A stretch of 63,553 nucleotides of DNA, the filler included, from Octopus bimaculoides (lineage: Eukaryota): NCBI RefSeq assembly GCF_001194135.2. It is 5 parts of 4 records of this genome, joined end to end, with 100 filler letters (N's around TTAATTAATTAA, not from the genome) between each part and the next. Parts side by side here need not be neighbours in the genome. Positions count along the whole stretch, not along the records: positions 17,093 to 36,423 come from NC_068985.1; positions 36,524 to 47,575 come from NC_068983.1; 3 more parts are not named here. The stretch is one strand, 5' to 3'. A program made the translations under genes and the position numbers. Below the pieces are notes generated by a model that saw only the letters and a program-made list of their open reading frames with translations, ran no database searches and was not told the DNA's origin. Each line of letters begins with the position of its first letter. Position 1 is the first letter of the stretch. Shown here piece after piece: positions 23,949-37,552 of the stretch.

Positions 23949-23999
23949 TGAAAGTTTTCCTTCTAAAAGTTAATATGTGTTTGTGTGAGTGTACGTATG

Positions 24000-24036
<37 letters not shown>

Positions 24037-24804
24037 GTATATATAATCTTCGTATATCTATATCTATATATATATATATATATATACGTTCGTATATACG
24101 TCTGTATATGTGTGTGTGCCTGTGCGTGTGTGTGTGTGTTTGCATGCATGTATATGTATGTAAGCAAGTATTCATGTATGTATATATGCATGTATATCCA
24201 AATTGGCCCCACACCACCTGAGTGGAAACATTCTTTCCCCTGTCCTTGTAAGCTAGAGACATTTAATGATGAAATACCAATCTACACAGCAGAGTTCGTT
24301 CATGCACACAGCAGGGGTGCTTGAGGTTCGCATAATTAGGGACTGGTAAACTAACCAAATACACACACATTTCTATCTGCTTATAGGAATTGAACCTGTT
24401 GTTCCGTTGATGACATCAACATATATTTTTAACAATAGGCAACGATGAAGTCATTCAGTTAAAGACAGAAACATTCGCTGACTTCTGATGTCTTAAACAC
24501 ACTAAGGTCAATCAAATATACGCAAACGCATAATAAGCGTATATGTACACAGTAAGTAAACAAAACATCTACATACAGAGGATAACTATATTTTCTTCTT
24601 TGTATCATTATTTCCCTATTTCACATTTACTCCCTCCTTTATGTGTAAACACACACACATACACACACACACGTATGTATATACATATTATATATACTAC
24701 AAATATATACACATTTTTGTATGTGTGTGTGTGTCTATATATATATATGTATATATAATCCTCAAAATTACATGTACATATACACGCGATGTGTTGTTTC
24801 TACA

Positions 24805-24853
<49 letters not shown>

Positions 24854-24939
24854 CTCTGTAAACATATGTATGCAGGCATACAAACAACACACACAGAGAC
24901 ACACGCGCAAACATACACATACACAAATACACGCATCTC

Positions 24940-24978
<39 letters not shown>

Positions 24979-24992
24979 TATATATATATATT

Positions 24993-25026
<34 letters not shown>

Positions 25027-25559
25027 CTACCTTTATGAACACCTTGTCCAATACATATGGGGACCTGTAAATGTTCACTCAACGCGCTAGAAATAAAAAA
25101 AAAACTACTACGAAAATACCGCCCAACCACAATCCACTGTTTTAGAAAAGAACACATAGAATATTGTGATCCTAGTTTCTCTTAAAATAATAAGATGGAA
25201 TGGTCACGTTTGGGATGCCATTAATTATATGTCTACTCGGTTAAGACTGACTTAATTGAAAACAATAGCATCAACAACTTATCTTCCTATCTAGTTTAAG
25301 AGCAAGCGTAAGGTCTACCACCTGCTAGAAGTAGTGAACAAATCTCCCTCGAATCGAACAGCATTGGTTTAAATAAGGAGAAAGTGGATAATTTAGTCCT
25401 AGAACTATGCTTCAGAGAACGACCCCTACCCCCCCAAAAAATCACGTAATAAAGATAGTTTGAACAGGTTTGATCGCAGGTTCTCTCAACCATGTTTAAC
25501 CTGTGGTTAAACAGCTACAACAAAATCAATAACCACGGCAAAAGCAACCACTATCTATC

Positions 25560-25590
<31 letters not shown>

Positions 25591-26666
25591 CTATCTATCT
25601 GTATTAACTGTCTGATTTTATTTGTTTGAATATATACATTGCAATGTCTATCTTATCTCTCTCTCTGTCTATGTATGTATGTATGTATGCGTGTTTGTGT
25701 GTGTCTGTCTATTTATCAACTTATTTATGTATTTATTTATCTATCTTGCAAGTATTCATATTTCAGGAGATACACATAATTGCATACACATATACACACA
25801 CAAATACATGTACAGAAATACACACACACACACACANNNNNNNNNNNNNNNNNNNNNNNNNNNNNNNNNNNNNNNNNNNNNNNNNNNNNNNNNNNNNNNN
25901 NNNNNNNNNNNNNNNNNNNNNNNNNNNNNNNNNNNNNNNNNNNNNNNNNNNNNNNNNNNNNNNNNNNNNNNNNNNNNNNNNNNNNNNNNNNNNNNNNNNN
26001 NNNNNNNNNNNNNNNNNNNNNNNNNNNNNNNNNNNNNNNNNNNNNNNNNNNNNNNNNNNNNNNNNNNNNNNNNNNNNNNNNNNNNNNNNNNNNNNNNNNN
26101 NNNNNNNNNNNNNNNNNNNNNNNNNNNNNNNNNNNNNNNNNNNNNNNNNNNNNNNNNNNNNNNNNNNNNNNNNNNNNNNNNNNNNNNNNNNNNNNNNNNN
26201 NNNNNNNNNNNNNNNNNNNNNNNNNNNNNNNNNNNNNNNNNNNNNNNNNNNNNNNNNNNNNNNNNNNNNNNNNNNNNNNNNNNNNNNNNNNNNNNNNNNN
26301 NNNNNNNNNNNNNNNNNNNNNNNNNNNNNNNNNNNNNNNNNNNNNNNNNNNNNNNNNNNNNNNNNNNNNNNNNNNNNNNNNNNNNNNNNNNNNNNNNNNN
26401 NNNNNNNNNNNNNNNNNNNNNNNNNNNNNNNNNNNNNNNNNNNNNNNNNNNNNNNNNNNNNNNNNNNNNNNNNNNNNNNNNNNNNNNNNNNNNNNNNNNC
26501 TCTCACACACACAGACGCACATTCACAAATACACATACAGTTATTCACATACACACGCATCCGCACAAACACTTGTATTTGTGTACATACAAACTTTGGC
26601 TCGTAGATACATAAATTCATGCATACGTATGTGTTCGTATGTACGTATATATTATATATTATATGC

Positions 26667-26708
<42 letters not shown>

Positions 26709-27078
26709 GATGTATTCATGTATGCATATGAATACACACACAGATATATATGTATATAGGTAAATATGGTAAGCGCACACACGCATATATATATATGTAT
26801 ACTTTAACTCATGCATATAGCCATTGTATACAAAACCGCTCTGCTTACATTGTAATAACGCGTATTACATTCACAAAACACGACTTCACTTGATACATCA
26901 ATATACATATAGAAAAATATAGTTATGAAAATACAGACGAGCATATGTAAAAGAAATACGACACCCACTCTTATTTTACGCAAGTACATACAAACACATG
27001 CACACACACACATTCGTATACATAGATATACGCGCGTCCACGCATATATACGCATTCAGCCACATATATGAAGGTACT

Positions 27079-27194
27079 GAGGTACAGACCATCCAATTGG
27101 TACAAGAAAATGTGTCAGTATAGTGGGATGTCGTGAGGTACAGACCATCCAATTGGTACAAGAAAATGTGTCAGTATAGTGGGATGTCGTGAGG
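27079..27194. repeat. Perfect 56-bp tandem duplication
   Basis: gaggtacagaccatccaattggtacaagaaaatgtgtcagtatagtgggatgtcgt x2, plus gagg. Confidence 0.95.
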
Positions 27195-28049
27195 CAGTTG
27201 TTGATATATACTAATGTGTATATATATGTATGTGTATGCACATGTATACGTACATACACACATACACACACGTACATACATACATACATACATACGTACG
27301 TACATACGTACACACATACATACATACATATATTGTTTACTGTTCCGTTATAGGTAGGATCAACAAAAAAGTAGTCCCTCCAGTGAGTACATATATGCTG
27401 CTCCAATATGAAGGACATTATCACTCGCAGGTCACACCAAGAGCCTATTCCCTGTTGTAACAGTCGAGACTCTGAAGCTTGTCTGCTCGACGAGACGCGT
27501 CGTGTGGGTGGTAAGGATTAAAACAATTGTGTTAATACTTGTTAGCTGCAACGAAAAAAGAATAAGCCAAATAACCCAAACAACAATAATAATAATAATA
27601 TAGAATTTTAAAGGTCCTTAGTAAAAATTATATGTGTAACTCACGTCGTGGTCGATGGAAAACCCATGTAAAAGTTATAAACATTACATAAAGATCGTAT
27701 AAAGATCAAATGTGACAGTCGAAATGAACCAGATCGAAGACAGAATACGCCCAACAATTCCAAAGCAATAATGATAATCAGTTATAATTTGCTCGAAAGA
27801 GACTTAGTTATGTACAATATCTGTTTAGTAAAAGAGGCCACAAAAAAAAATTACAAATAATTTGAAGAATGTCTGCAATAGTTCAATACTTCAGATTTTC
27901 GCTTAAAAGCCGACTAATCTTGAAACAGAATAAAACGTTTCTCACTTAAACATAACAGGGAATTCATAGAATGGTAGCAGATTCTGTCTTAGTATGAGGT
28001 TGTGTTTTCTAATAATTAGCAGCGGATTTTGAATTTCTTTCAGTTTTTA

Positions 28050-28500
28050 CTCATGTTTAGATATATGTCGAAGACTTTTTATGAGCATTCAAATGAATTT
28101 TTGTCCTGGTAACAATCAGGTCGTAAAGCTTGTTTTCTGTGTTTCGATGTAAATTTGTATATAGAGCTTGGATTTTAACTCTACATGCTTGACTCCTGAT
28201 CGAGCAATTTCCATTAAAGGATCTATTGCTGAGGTCCATGCGATTACATTTAGGGGTATTCTCATTTTGATTGACTTCAAAAAGTCTTTTCACGTTATAG
28301 TGTTTAACCAACTAGGTGAAAATTTACGACAAAAATAGCTTTCAGGTTACTCCTATAATACTTATGTCGCCAAGGAAAAAGCTTATATACTACATAAAAA
28401 GTTCCCAATTTACATTGGTCATGATATTTATGTTGAATGTTGAATTGAACCACAAGATCTTTCTAGACTTAATTTAGTGAGAGATCTGATACTATTTTCA
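28050..28500 (-). mobile_element. Decayed Penelope-like element, RT C-terminus, linker and GIY-YIG region
   Basis: LWFNSTFNINIMTNV (compare WFNPPxxxNVxTN) and TPKCNRMDLSNRSFNGNC (compare CNCRxxxxCPLxGxC). Confidence 0.55.
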
Positions 28501-29220
28501 GTGCTCAAACAATAAAACAATTCTTAGAACCCTCTGCTCATAATGGTATCGTTGTAGTAGGACGAAGCCGTATTAAATTTACCTCATCCAAGGACAAAGA
28601 AGATTCACTTTCTTATATTATGAAATATATTCTTAAGAAATCAAGGGGTGACTGGAATGTTTTTGATGGAGAAGTCTTTCATTAGACTTGCGGTAAGGTT
28701 CAAACCTGTTTTCTTGATTTAAAGTAACATCTAAGGCAAAGCTAAAGTAACATTTAAGATTCTATTAATTTTGAAGTGTCCAAAACCACATGTCCAATAA
28801 ATTTTAAATGTTTATTTAATAATTTGTCAAATAATAATCACTGTACTCTTTATAAAACTATTGTTCTGAAGAGTTCACTATACTGCGATTATCGATTACG
28901 TGAAACTCGGAGTAACAGCTTTTAAAGTTCATCAGCTTCAATAAAACGCAACATTTTACTCTACCTTTGGTATTCAAGTGCTGTTTTCTCAATAGTGTTT
29001 TGCACCTCGATATTCACACGTACGCGCGCGCACACACAAACACACACTCATACAAATTTATATAGACAACTGCTTCCACACAGTTTCCGTCAACCAAATT
29101 CACTTATAGGGCTATTATAAAAGACACTTTCCCTAGATGCCGCGCAGTGGGTTAGAACGCGAGACTTCGTGGTTGCAATGCAAACTTCTTAACCACACAA
29201 ACATGCCTGTGCCTATATAT

Positions 29221-29430
29221 TCTTTTCTACTCTAGGCATAAGACCCGATCTTTTTTGGGGGAGGGGGCCAATTGATTAGATCGACCCTAGTACACAACTG
29301 GTACTTAATTTATCGACCCCGAAAGGGTGAAAGGCAAAGTCGATTTCGGCGGAATTTGAACTCAGAACGAAATACCGCTAAGCATTTCACTCGGCGTGCT
29401 AACGTTTCTGCCAGTTCGCCGCCTTCCTGC
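29221..29430 (-). mobile_element. SINE family B
   Basis: Near-full match to 55153-55368. Confidence 0.85.
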
Positions 29431-29797
29431 GCCTATATATTCATTTATCAATAGAGTATGAATTACGATTTTGGAAAAATATTGTCTGCTATTTCTAACA
29501 AGTCAAGCAAGCACACAAAAGGCCTCTCATTTGATAACGCTCTCTCACACAAGAGTTCGTTTTTCTCCCTCTTCATACAATAATCATATTTTAGTTCTGT
29601 TCTTCTGTTCTTCTGTTCTTACAAATCTCTCAGCTCAAACCATTTACATTTGTGTCCATTCCCAAAATTTTCACCCAACACACTTCTATTGATTGGAAGA
29701 CATTTCCTTATCGGATTAATTTCATGCAAGGCTGATTCCTTACAATAGAATGTCCAATATATTCATACATACTTTCATGCACATAAACATTATAAAC

Positions 29798-29835
<38 letters not shown>

Positions 29836-30718
29836 NNNNNNNNNNNNNNNNNNNNNNNNNNNNNNNNNNNNNNNNNNNNNNNNNNNNNNNNNNNNNNNNN
29901 NNNNNNNNNNNNNNNNNNNNNNNNNNNNNNNNNNNNNNNNNNNNNNNNNNNNNNNNNNNNNNNNNNNNNNNNNNNNNNNNNNNNNNNNNNNNNNNNNNNN
30001 NNNNNNNNNNNNNNNNNNNNNNNNNNNNNNNNNNNNNNNNNNNNNNNNNNNNNNNNNNNNNNNNNNNNNNNNNNNNNNNNNNNNNNNNNNNNNNNNNNNN
30101 NNNNNNNNNNNNNNNNNNNNNNNNNNNNNNNNNNNNNNNNNNNNNNNNNNNNNNNNNNNNNNNNNNNNNNNNNNNNNNNNNNNNNNNNNNNNNNNNNNNN
30201 NNNNNNNNNNNNNNNNNNNNNNNNNNNNNNNNNNNNNNNNNNNNNNNNNNNNNNNNNNNNNNNNNNNNNNNNNNNNNNNNNNNNNNNNNNNNNNNNNNNN
30301 NNNNNNNNNNNNNNNNNNNNNNNNNNNNNNNNNNNNNNNNNNNNNNNNNNNNNNNNNNNNNNNNNNNNNNNNNNNNNNNNNNNNNNNNNNNNNNNNNNNN
30401 NNNNNNNNNNNNNNNNNNNNNNNNNNNNNNNNNNNNNNNNNNNNNNNNNNNNNNNNNNNNNNNNNNNNNNNNNNNNNNNNNNNNNNNNNNNNNNNNNNNN
30501 NNNNNNNNNNNNNNNNNNNNNNNNNNNNNNNNNNNNNNNNNNNNNNNNNNNNNNNNNNNNNNNNNNNNNNNNNNNNNNNNNNNNNNNNNNNNNNNNNNNN
30601 NNNNNNNNNNNNNNNNNNNNNNNNNNNNNNNNNNNNNNNNNNNNNNNNNNNNNNNNNNNNNNNNNNNNNNNNNNNNNNNNNNNNNNNNNNNNNNNNNNNN
30701 NNNNNNNNNNNNNNNNTG

Positions 30719-30850
<132 letters not shown>

Positions 30851-31024
30851 TCTATCTATACATGTATGCATACATTTGTAAATGTACATACACATATGTA
30901 AGCATGTATTTATGTCTATATACATATGGGTGTGTATATATATATATATATATACATATATATATAGGTATATATGTGTATATGTATATATACATTTTTG
31001 TTTATATGTATGTACGTATGTTCG

Positions 31025-31089
<65 letters not shown>

Positions 31090-31862
31090 GTCTATCTGTC
31101 TGTCTGTCTGTCTGTCTGTCTCTGTCTGTCAGTTATACACTGTCACACTGTTAGATATATTTCATGTGATCTGAAAAGCAGCTGAGATGTCAGATATACA
31201 ACTACAAGAAAGAAGAATAACAACTAAAAACAATAAACACAATAGCAGAAAAAAAAAGTCAAACAATAGCTACAACAGCAGGAACAACTAAAATATCAAT
31301 AACAGTCTGGAAATTTAGCTTACCGCCAGAGTCAGAAAAGGGGACTGAACTCGTACAAAACAAGAAAACAAACATTTGATAAAAAAAATATTGATTTGTG
31401 TTTTTGGTCAGGACTACACATTTGCGGGGAGAGATTTGTCGATTAAATATACCCTTCTAGTATTTGACTAGTACTTATTTGATTAGCTCAGTTATGAAAT
31501 ATGACTAAAATTGGCCTCGATGGAATTTGAAAGTAGGACGTATGATCGGAAAAAAAAAAAAAATAGTGTAAGAAATTTTGTCCGACTGATATTTCAATCC
31601 TTTCAATCTACAAGCTGATACAGAAATATTGCAACATATGTTCTCTTTTATTTTTAGCCATTTGAATTCTTGTTGTAAAGAAGGAGTTGTTTTTAAATAT
31701 AAAGATACAAAGCTCCATCGTTGAAATGTTGATAACAAAAGCAATGTCACATGTTGAACTTGAGAAAAATTTTCCATATTTTTATGGAAAAGTGCGGCAA
31801 TTACTAACTGACATAAACATAAATTTATAATCTGAGAATAAAAGCGAAAGATTTTGAAGCAG

Positions 31863-33130
31863 TTATCCGTACTGATCCTCTTTCTTTTTGATTTTTGAAG
31901 GGAAATTTACAAAAACAGAGCAGTTGACCTCGATGACTGTATATACTTTTTCTTGTCTGTCCCAATGAACAATATCCGACCTGTTATATTTACTCTTGGT
32001 AGGAGTTTTGATGGGAGGGTTCCACCAATATTCCTTGTGTTGATGTTTATGAATGTATTCGACAACAGGAGGATTCACTATATTGTGAACAATTTTTTTG
32101 AGCTGGCATTGCACATCATTTTAGCGACAATGTTACGTCGATGACATTTTTGCTGATTCTGTTGGCATGTATGATATCTTCCACAGAAATACAGTATAAT
32201 CGACATTTTTGGATGTGTTTCGAGGCTCAGAGTGCTTCAATGTCTCTTTTGGCATTTTGTTGTAACGTCCTGATCTTGGATTGCAAACGCTTAGTCTTCG
32301 AAGTGGGATGTGATGCAGCACTCGTGGGTTCATGTCCTTATTGGTGTTATCTTCAAGTCTTGGAGAAACATACCCATGCATATTCTTTTTTGGGAGATGC
32401 TGAGCGTTTTACACTCAGGTCTTCTTTGAGGTATGTTAGTCTAGCTGTTGTATAGTTGTATGGGAGTTCGTCAGGAAGGGAGCACTTCCTGAGGAGCTCT
32501 CTACCTTGTTTTGTTTTTTTTAGCACATATTTTTGATGCTGTTGTTTAGTAGTGCTGTCGGAGAGAGACTATACGGCATTTAAAGGCTGTCTGCACTGAT
32601 CTCAAGCCACCACTTCCTTCATTTCTTCTCAGGTGGAGCCTGTCGATATCACCGTTTCTGTGGAAGTTCTCAGTGGATGTTAGGATCTTGCAGGTTTTAA
32701 TGTCTATGGAGTGGATTTCCACAATAGAGTAGCCAAGCTTCCTAAATGTTGAAATTGGCACTGGTATTGCAAATGCATTGTGGGATATTGTCTTGATGGA
32801 AGAATAGAGCTCCGATTGCCTAATTTTTCTAAGTATGGTATAATATTCTCGGATGACTATTTTTCTATGATATATTTTCATCAATGCCCAGGTATTCGTA
32901 GCATTCTCTGTGCAGAACAGGAGAAATAGAGAGGCCGCTGATACACAAGCCCTAGGCTAGCGGGATTGATTTTTCGACGTTCAGCAATCAAACATGAACG
33001 CATTTTTTGGTCAAATTTCATTCCTTTGTCATTGGAAAATATTATTAACTCCAGGTGTGTTTTTTTTTGGCATTGTATACATTTTTAGCATAGATATTTA
33101 GGTCATCCACAAAGAAGTTATGAGTTACAT
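31863..33130 (-). mobile_element. Decayed R4/Dong-like non-LTR retrotransposon (RT C-terminus, CCHC region, RLE)
   Basis: HNFFVDDLNIYAK (RT), IDRLHLRRNEGSGGL, EYWWNPPIKT...NRSDIVHWDRQEKVYTVIEV (RLE). Confidence 0.85.
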
Positions 33131-33179
33131 TGGTATCTCTAGCAGTTGCAGATCCTAAAATAAAGCGCATATATATATA

Positions 33180-33358
33180 TAAAGTAGTTGTATGCTGTTA
33201 ACTTAATGCGACAGTTCCATGAAGGGAATAATACTACTGCTATTTAGCCCTAGGAAGCTGCACCGCTTCCTCTCGGCCTTGACACATTTCTTGTGTCCTT
33301 ATGTTTACAAGGGGGAGACAAGCACCTCCATCCAGCTAAATCTGCAGGTGTAGCTTCC

Positions 33359-33440
<82 letters not shown>

Positions 33441-33442
33441 AG

Positions 33443-33512
<70 letters not shown>

Positions 33513-33748
33513 AGTTGTATGTTGTCAACTTAATGTGACATTTCCATGAAGGGAATAATACTACCGCTATTTAGCCCTAGGAAGCTGCACCACTTCCTGT
33601 CGGCCTTGACACATTTCTGGTGTCCTTATGTTTACAAAGGGGAGACAAGCACCTCCACGCAGCTAAGCCTGCAGGTGCAGCCTCCTAGGGCTAAATAGCA
33701 GTAGTATTATTCCCTTCATAGAACTGTTGACAGCATACAACTGCTTTA
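33180..33748. mobile_element. Tandem pair of a TIR MITE: truncated copy at 33180-33361 and complete copy at 33507-33748
   Basis: About 75-85-bp TIRs (taaagtagttgtatg...atttagccctaggaagctgcacc); both left ends abut (TA)n. Confidence 0.8.
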
Positions 33749-35043
33749 TCGTATGACTACTGCATAAATCTCTCTGAGAGATTTAGAAATGTATTATTTC
33801 AATTTTATATATATATAAAATAGAAATAATACATTTATATATATATACACACACACATATATATATATGCGTGTATGTGTGTGTATTGTTTACAATAATA
33901 CGGAAAACTACTACTACCACAACTACTTTCACTGACTGTCAGCCAAGTCTCCCAGGACACACACATACATACACATATCTATGTACGTATGTATCTCTCT
34001 CTCTCTCTTAATATTTATCTATCTATACATACTTACATACATACATACGTACATGCAGACATGCATATATACATGCATACAAAAATACCCTGTTGTTGAT
34101 GTTGAATTTCCAATGAAGGAAGATGTGGCATCTAGATTAGAAACCGGCTCTTTCTCTATTGGTAAGAAATCTTGAAACAAAACTGAATAATGACATACAT
34201 ACATTCATACATACATACACACACACACATACATACATACATACAAACATACATACATACATACATACATACATACAGACATACATACATACATACATAT
34301 ACACACACGTATATTCAATAAAGCTGTTTACAGCAAAAAGAGCCGGCGTTATCACGTCGTCAATATCCATCATCACCATCACCAAACCAGTTCAGTCAGG
34401 AATGCCTTCCGAACCAAATCTCTTCGCCTTCAGCGAAACATCATTTCATTTTCACATTCAAATGCATTTTGTAAATTATTGCTAAAGATTTTATTCTTAC
34501 TCATACATGTGACAGTCTNNNNNNNNNNNNNNNNNNNNNNNNNNNNNNNNNNNNNNNNNNNNNNNNNNNNNNNNNNNNNNNNNNNNNNNNNNNNNNNNNN
34601 NNNNNNNNNNNNNNNNNNNNNNNNNNNNNNNNNNNNNNNNNNNNNNNNNNNNNNNNNNNNNNNNNNNNNNNNNNNNNNNNNNNNNNNNNNNNNNNNNNNN
34701 NNNNNNNNNNNNNNNNNNNNNNNNNNNNNNNNNNNNNNNNNNNNNNNNNNNNNNNNNNNNNNNNNNNNNNNNNNNNNNNNNNNNNNNNNNNNNNATATAT
34801 ATACACATATATATATAACAGGATTAGTTAACAGTTGTTTACAATCGTAGAAGTGTTCAGTCCATGATTTAGAATTTGTTTATTTTATTGCAAGCTAAAG
34901 TCTCTTGAATCAAGTTTCACGCTGTCTTTTATTCAAACGGTTGAAGAAAGGACGCTCTGTTACATTATCTGCACTGATATTTTCGTAAACGTATCATATT
35001 GTTATTATTATTATTATTATTGTTGTTGTTGTTGTTGTTGTTG

Positions 35044-35093
<50 letters not shown>

Positions 35094-35731
35094 TGAACTC
35101 AGAATAACGGCAGAATTTGAACTCAGAATGTAAAGACATGCGAAATGCCATTAGGTTAACGATTCTGCCAGCTCACCGCCTTATAGCGCTTCTAATTTTA
35201 AGATTATTGGCTTCGAGAATACATTTACTGACAGTGTCCAATTCATTTTTAAAGAATTTTAATAAATTGCATTCTAGGTTGGAGGTAAAACAAGGCTAAT
35301 GGTCTTAATAAATTGTATTGTTCTTTTTATTTTGTGTTTTACACATGTAATAGCGGAAACATGGGTACAATAGGAGTTTTTGCATGCCAAAAGACGACTA
35401 TATCACATACGCAGAGAACAACAATTGAATAGATGAATGTGTGACGCGTTTTAACTAATTTTTGGCAAACAGACAATCAGGAATAATATCTTATTTCGAT
35501 GTGTTTACAAATATTTTTGCTTCTCTATTGTCACGCCGTTTCCTTTCTTCAATCATTCGAATAAATGACTACGTAAAACTCAGAGTAACAATTCAAGAAG
35601 TTCAGCCTCTTCTGGATATACCAAACCGTATTCTATGCATTATGTCTGTTTACGCTTGTAAAGATATTTACCAATTCGTATATATATATATATTTTCTCT
35701 TCTTGTTTCTCTTCGTGTTTCTTTCTGCGTT

Positions 35732-35769
35732 CCTTCCTGTGGAAGAGCGTAGGTTCGAAACGTTAAAGA
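35732..35769 (+). ncRNA. Minimal hammerhead-like motif, U6 variant, same repeat subfamily as 18830
   Basis: CCTTC-CTGTGGA-A-GAGC(GTAG)GTTC-GAAAC-GT-T-AAAGA; the repeat ends ttctccc then (TA)n. Confidence 0.55.
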
Positions 35770-35857
35770 TTTTTTCAATTCCCGAGCGTTATACTAATAC
35801 ATCTGTTTGTTTTCTACACCACCTGTCTTCGTCTGTTGTTTTTTTTTTGTGAATTCT

Positions 35858-35905
<48 letters not shown>

Positions 35906-36423
35906 CAAAGTTGCAAAATTATCAAAAAATTGTTCTTAGACTTTTACTTTCCCGTTCGTCGGACAGTTGTGATGAATACTTTAATAAAAGATATTACTCT
36001 ACCTTTGATATTCGATTACTATATTTTTCACCTTGTTTTGCATCTTTGTGCTTACTTGTGTATATATATATGTATATATATGTATACGTGTGTACATATG
36101 GACGTGTACATGTGTGTGTGTGCGTGTGGATATTTGCGGGGCGATGTTGGAAAGGTAGTTTTATAAGGAAACTGAAAACTAGAAATAGTGTAACTAAAAA
36201 AGACAGATGATTAGTTAAACGAAAAGATATAAGATGTATAAAAGAAAGAGGAAAGCTAAACAAAGATAAAAATACCTGGTTGGCTGGTTGGGTGGAAGGA
36301 TGGCCGACAAACAGTGTGAATGAAACAGACAAACAAGGCAGATAGAACTGTATATTACTTCATTTTGCACTCATTATATATACATATATGCAATGTATGC
36401 CTACAGGCATATATATATATATA

Positions 36424-36523
36424 NNNNNNNNNNNNNNNNNNNNNNNNNNNNNNNNNNNNNNNNNNNNTTAATTAATTAANNNNNNNNNNNNNNNNNNNNN
36501 NNNNNNNNNNNNNNNNNNNNNNN
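36424..36523. other. Artificial 100-bp assembly spacer
   Basis: 44 N + TTAATTAATTAA + 44 N. Confidence 0.95.
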
Positions 36524-36564
36524 TGAAGATTCAGAAAAATTCCAAAATATACATATAAGAAGGA

Positions 36565-36838
36565 TGACCACTAAGTGGACATCCCTTTTACTAGAAGAAG
36601 ACCACCTACGGTCTGACCACTACGAAACGATTGTTCTCAAGAAAATTCAGCAAACACCAGAAGGTAAGCGAACAAGACAAATGAAATGATATATATATTT
36701 TGTACATTTTGCATCTTTCCATTTGTCTTGCTCGCTAACGTTCTGGTGTTTGCTGAATTGTCTTGAGAATAAACTTTTCGTAGTGGTCAGGTTGTAGGTG
36801 GTCTTCTTCTAGCAAAAGGGAAGTCCACTTAGTGGTCA
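36565..36838. mobile_element. Foldback element or MITE with ~125-bp inverted arms and a short AT-rich spacer
   Basis: tgaccactaagtggac...gacaaatg versus catttgtc...gtccacttagtggtca. Confidence 0.8.
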
Positions 36839-37119
36839 GCGGGGTAGTGAAGTAGGTATACAGTAAGAATCACATCAATGTTATAATACTAAATTCATTA
36901 AAATTGTTTACACATTACATTAGTTAGCTTATATATATAAATAAGTAACAAAGAGGTAACTCATTTATATTTTGTTCACCTAACTTTGAATCTGACCTTT
37001 GTAAATAATATAGAAAGAACCTTTATAAAAGTACATATCTGAATTACCAAGAGCGGATATTTTCACTTAGCTGGGTTGCGGCATGAATATCAGGTACAAA
37101 TACTCCTGCACGGAGTTTT

Positions 37120-37156
<37 letters not shown>

Positions 37157-37261
37157 NNNNNNNNNNNNNNNNNNNNNNNNNNNNNNNNNNNNNNNNNNNN
37201 NNNNNNNNNNNNNNNNNNNNNNNNNNNNNNNNNNNNNAGAGAGAGAGAGAGAGATAGAGAT

Positions 37262-37309
<48 letters not shown>

Positions 37310-37431
37310 TGAGAGAGAGAAAGAAGATTGAGTCAATCCAAACATGAACAAGCAAGTAAAAGCATCAATGCGAGGACGTGGAATAAATGCAGTGTTATTG
37401 GACGCCCAGGAAAGGAAAGTAAAGAAAGGGG

Positions 37432-37466
37432 ATTTCACGTCTCGAGCGGAGCTCCTCATCAGAAAT
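37432..37466 (-). ncRNA. Degenerate minimal hammerhead motif in a repeat homologous to 52795-52935
   Basis: ATTT-CTGATGA-G-GAGC(TCC)GCTC-GAGAC-GT-G-AAAT; the GAAA-to-GAGA change and G17 are predicted to inactivate it. Confidence 0.55.
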
Positions 37467-37552
37467 ATAGAAAAAGTCCAAAGAAGGGAAGACGGAGAAA
37501 GAAAATCGCCAACGATACACACGCGGTCACATATTGAAAAAATGTATGTATG

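Noticed and set aside
27079-27194. Short direct repeats considered as a CRISPR-like array
   Set aside because: Adjacent tandem units with no unique spacers, in a eukaryotic context.
27431-27510. Possible exon (SHQEPIPCCNSRDSEACLLDETRRVG) or hammerhead-like GTCGAG...CTCGAC-GAGACGCGTC
   Set aside because: Two frames are open with no recognisable homology, and the hammerhead core is missing. Neither reading can be supported.
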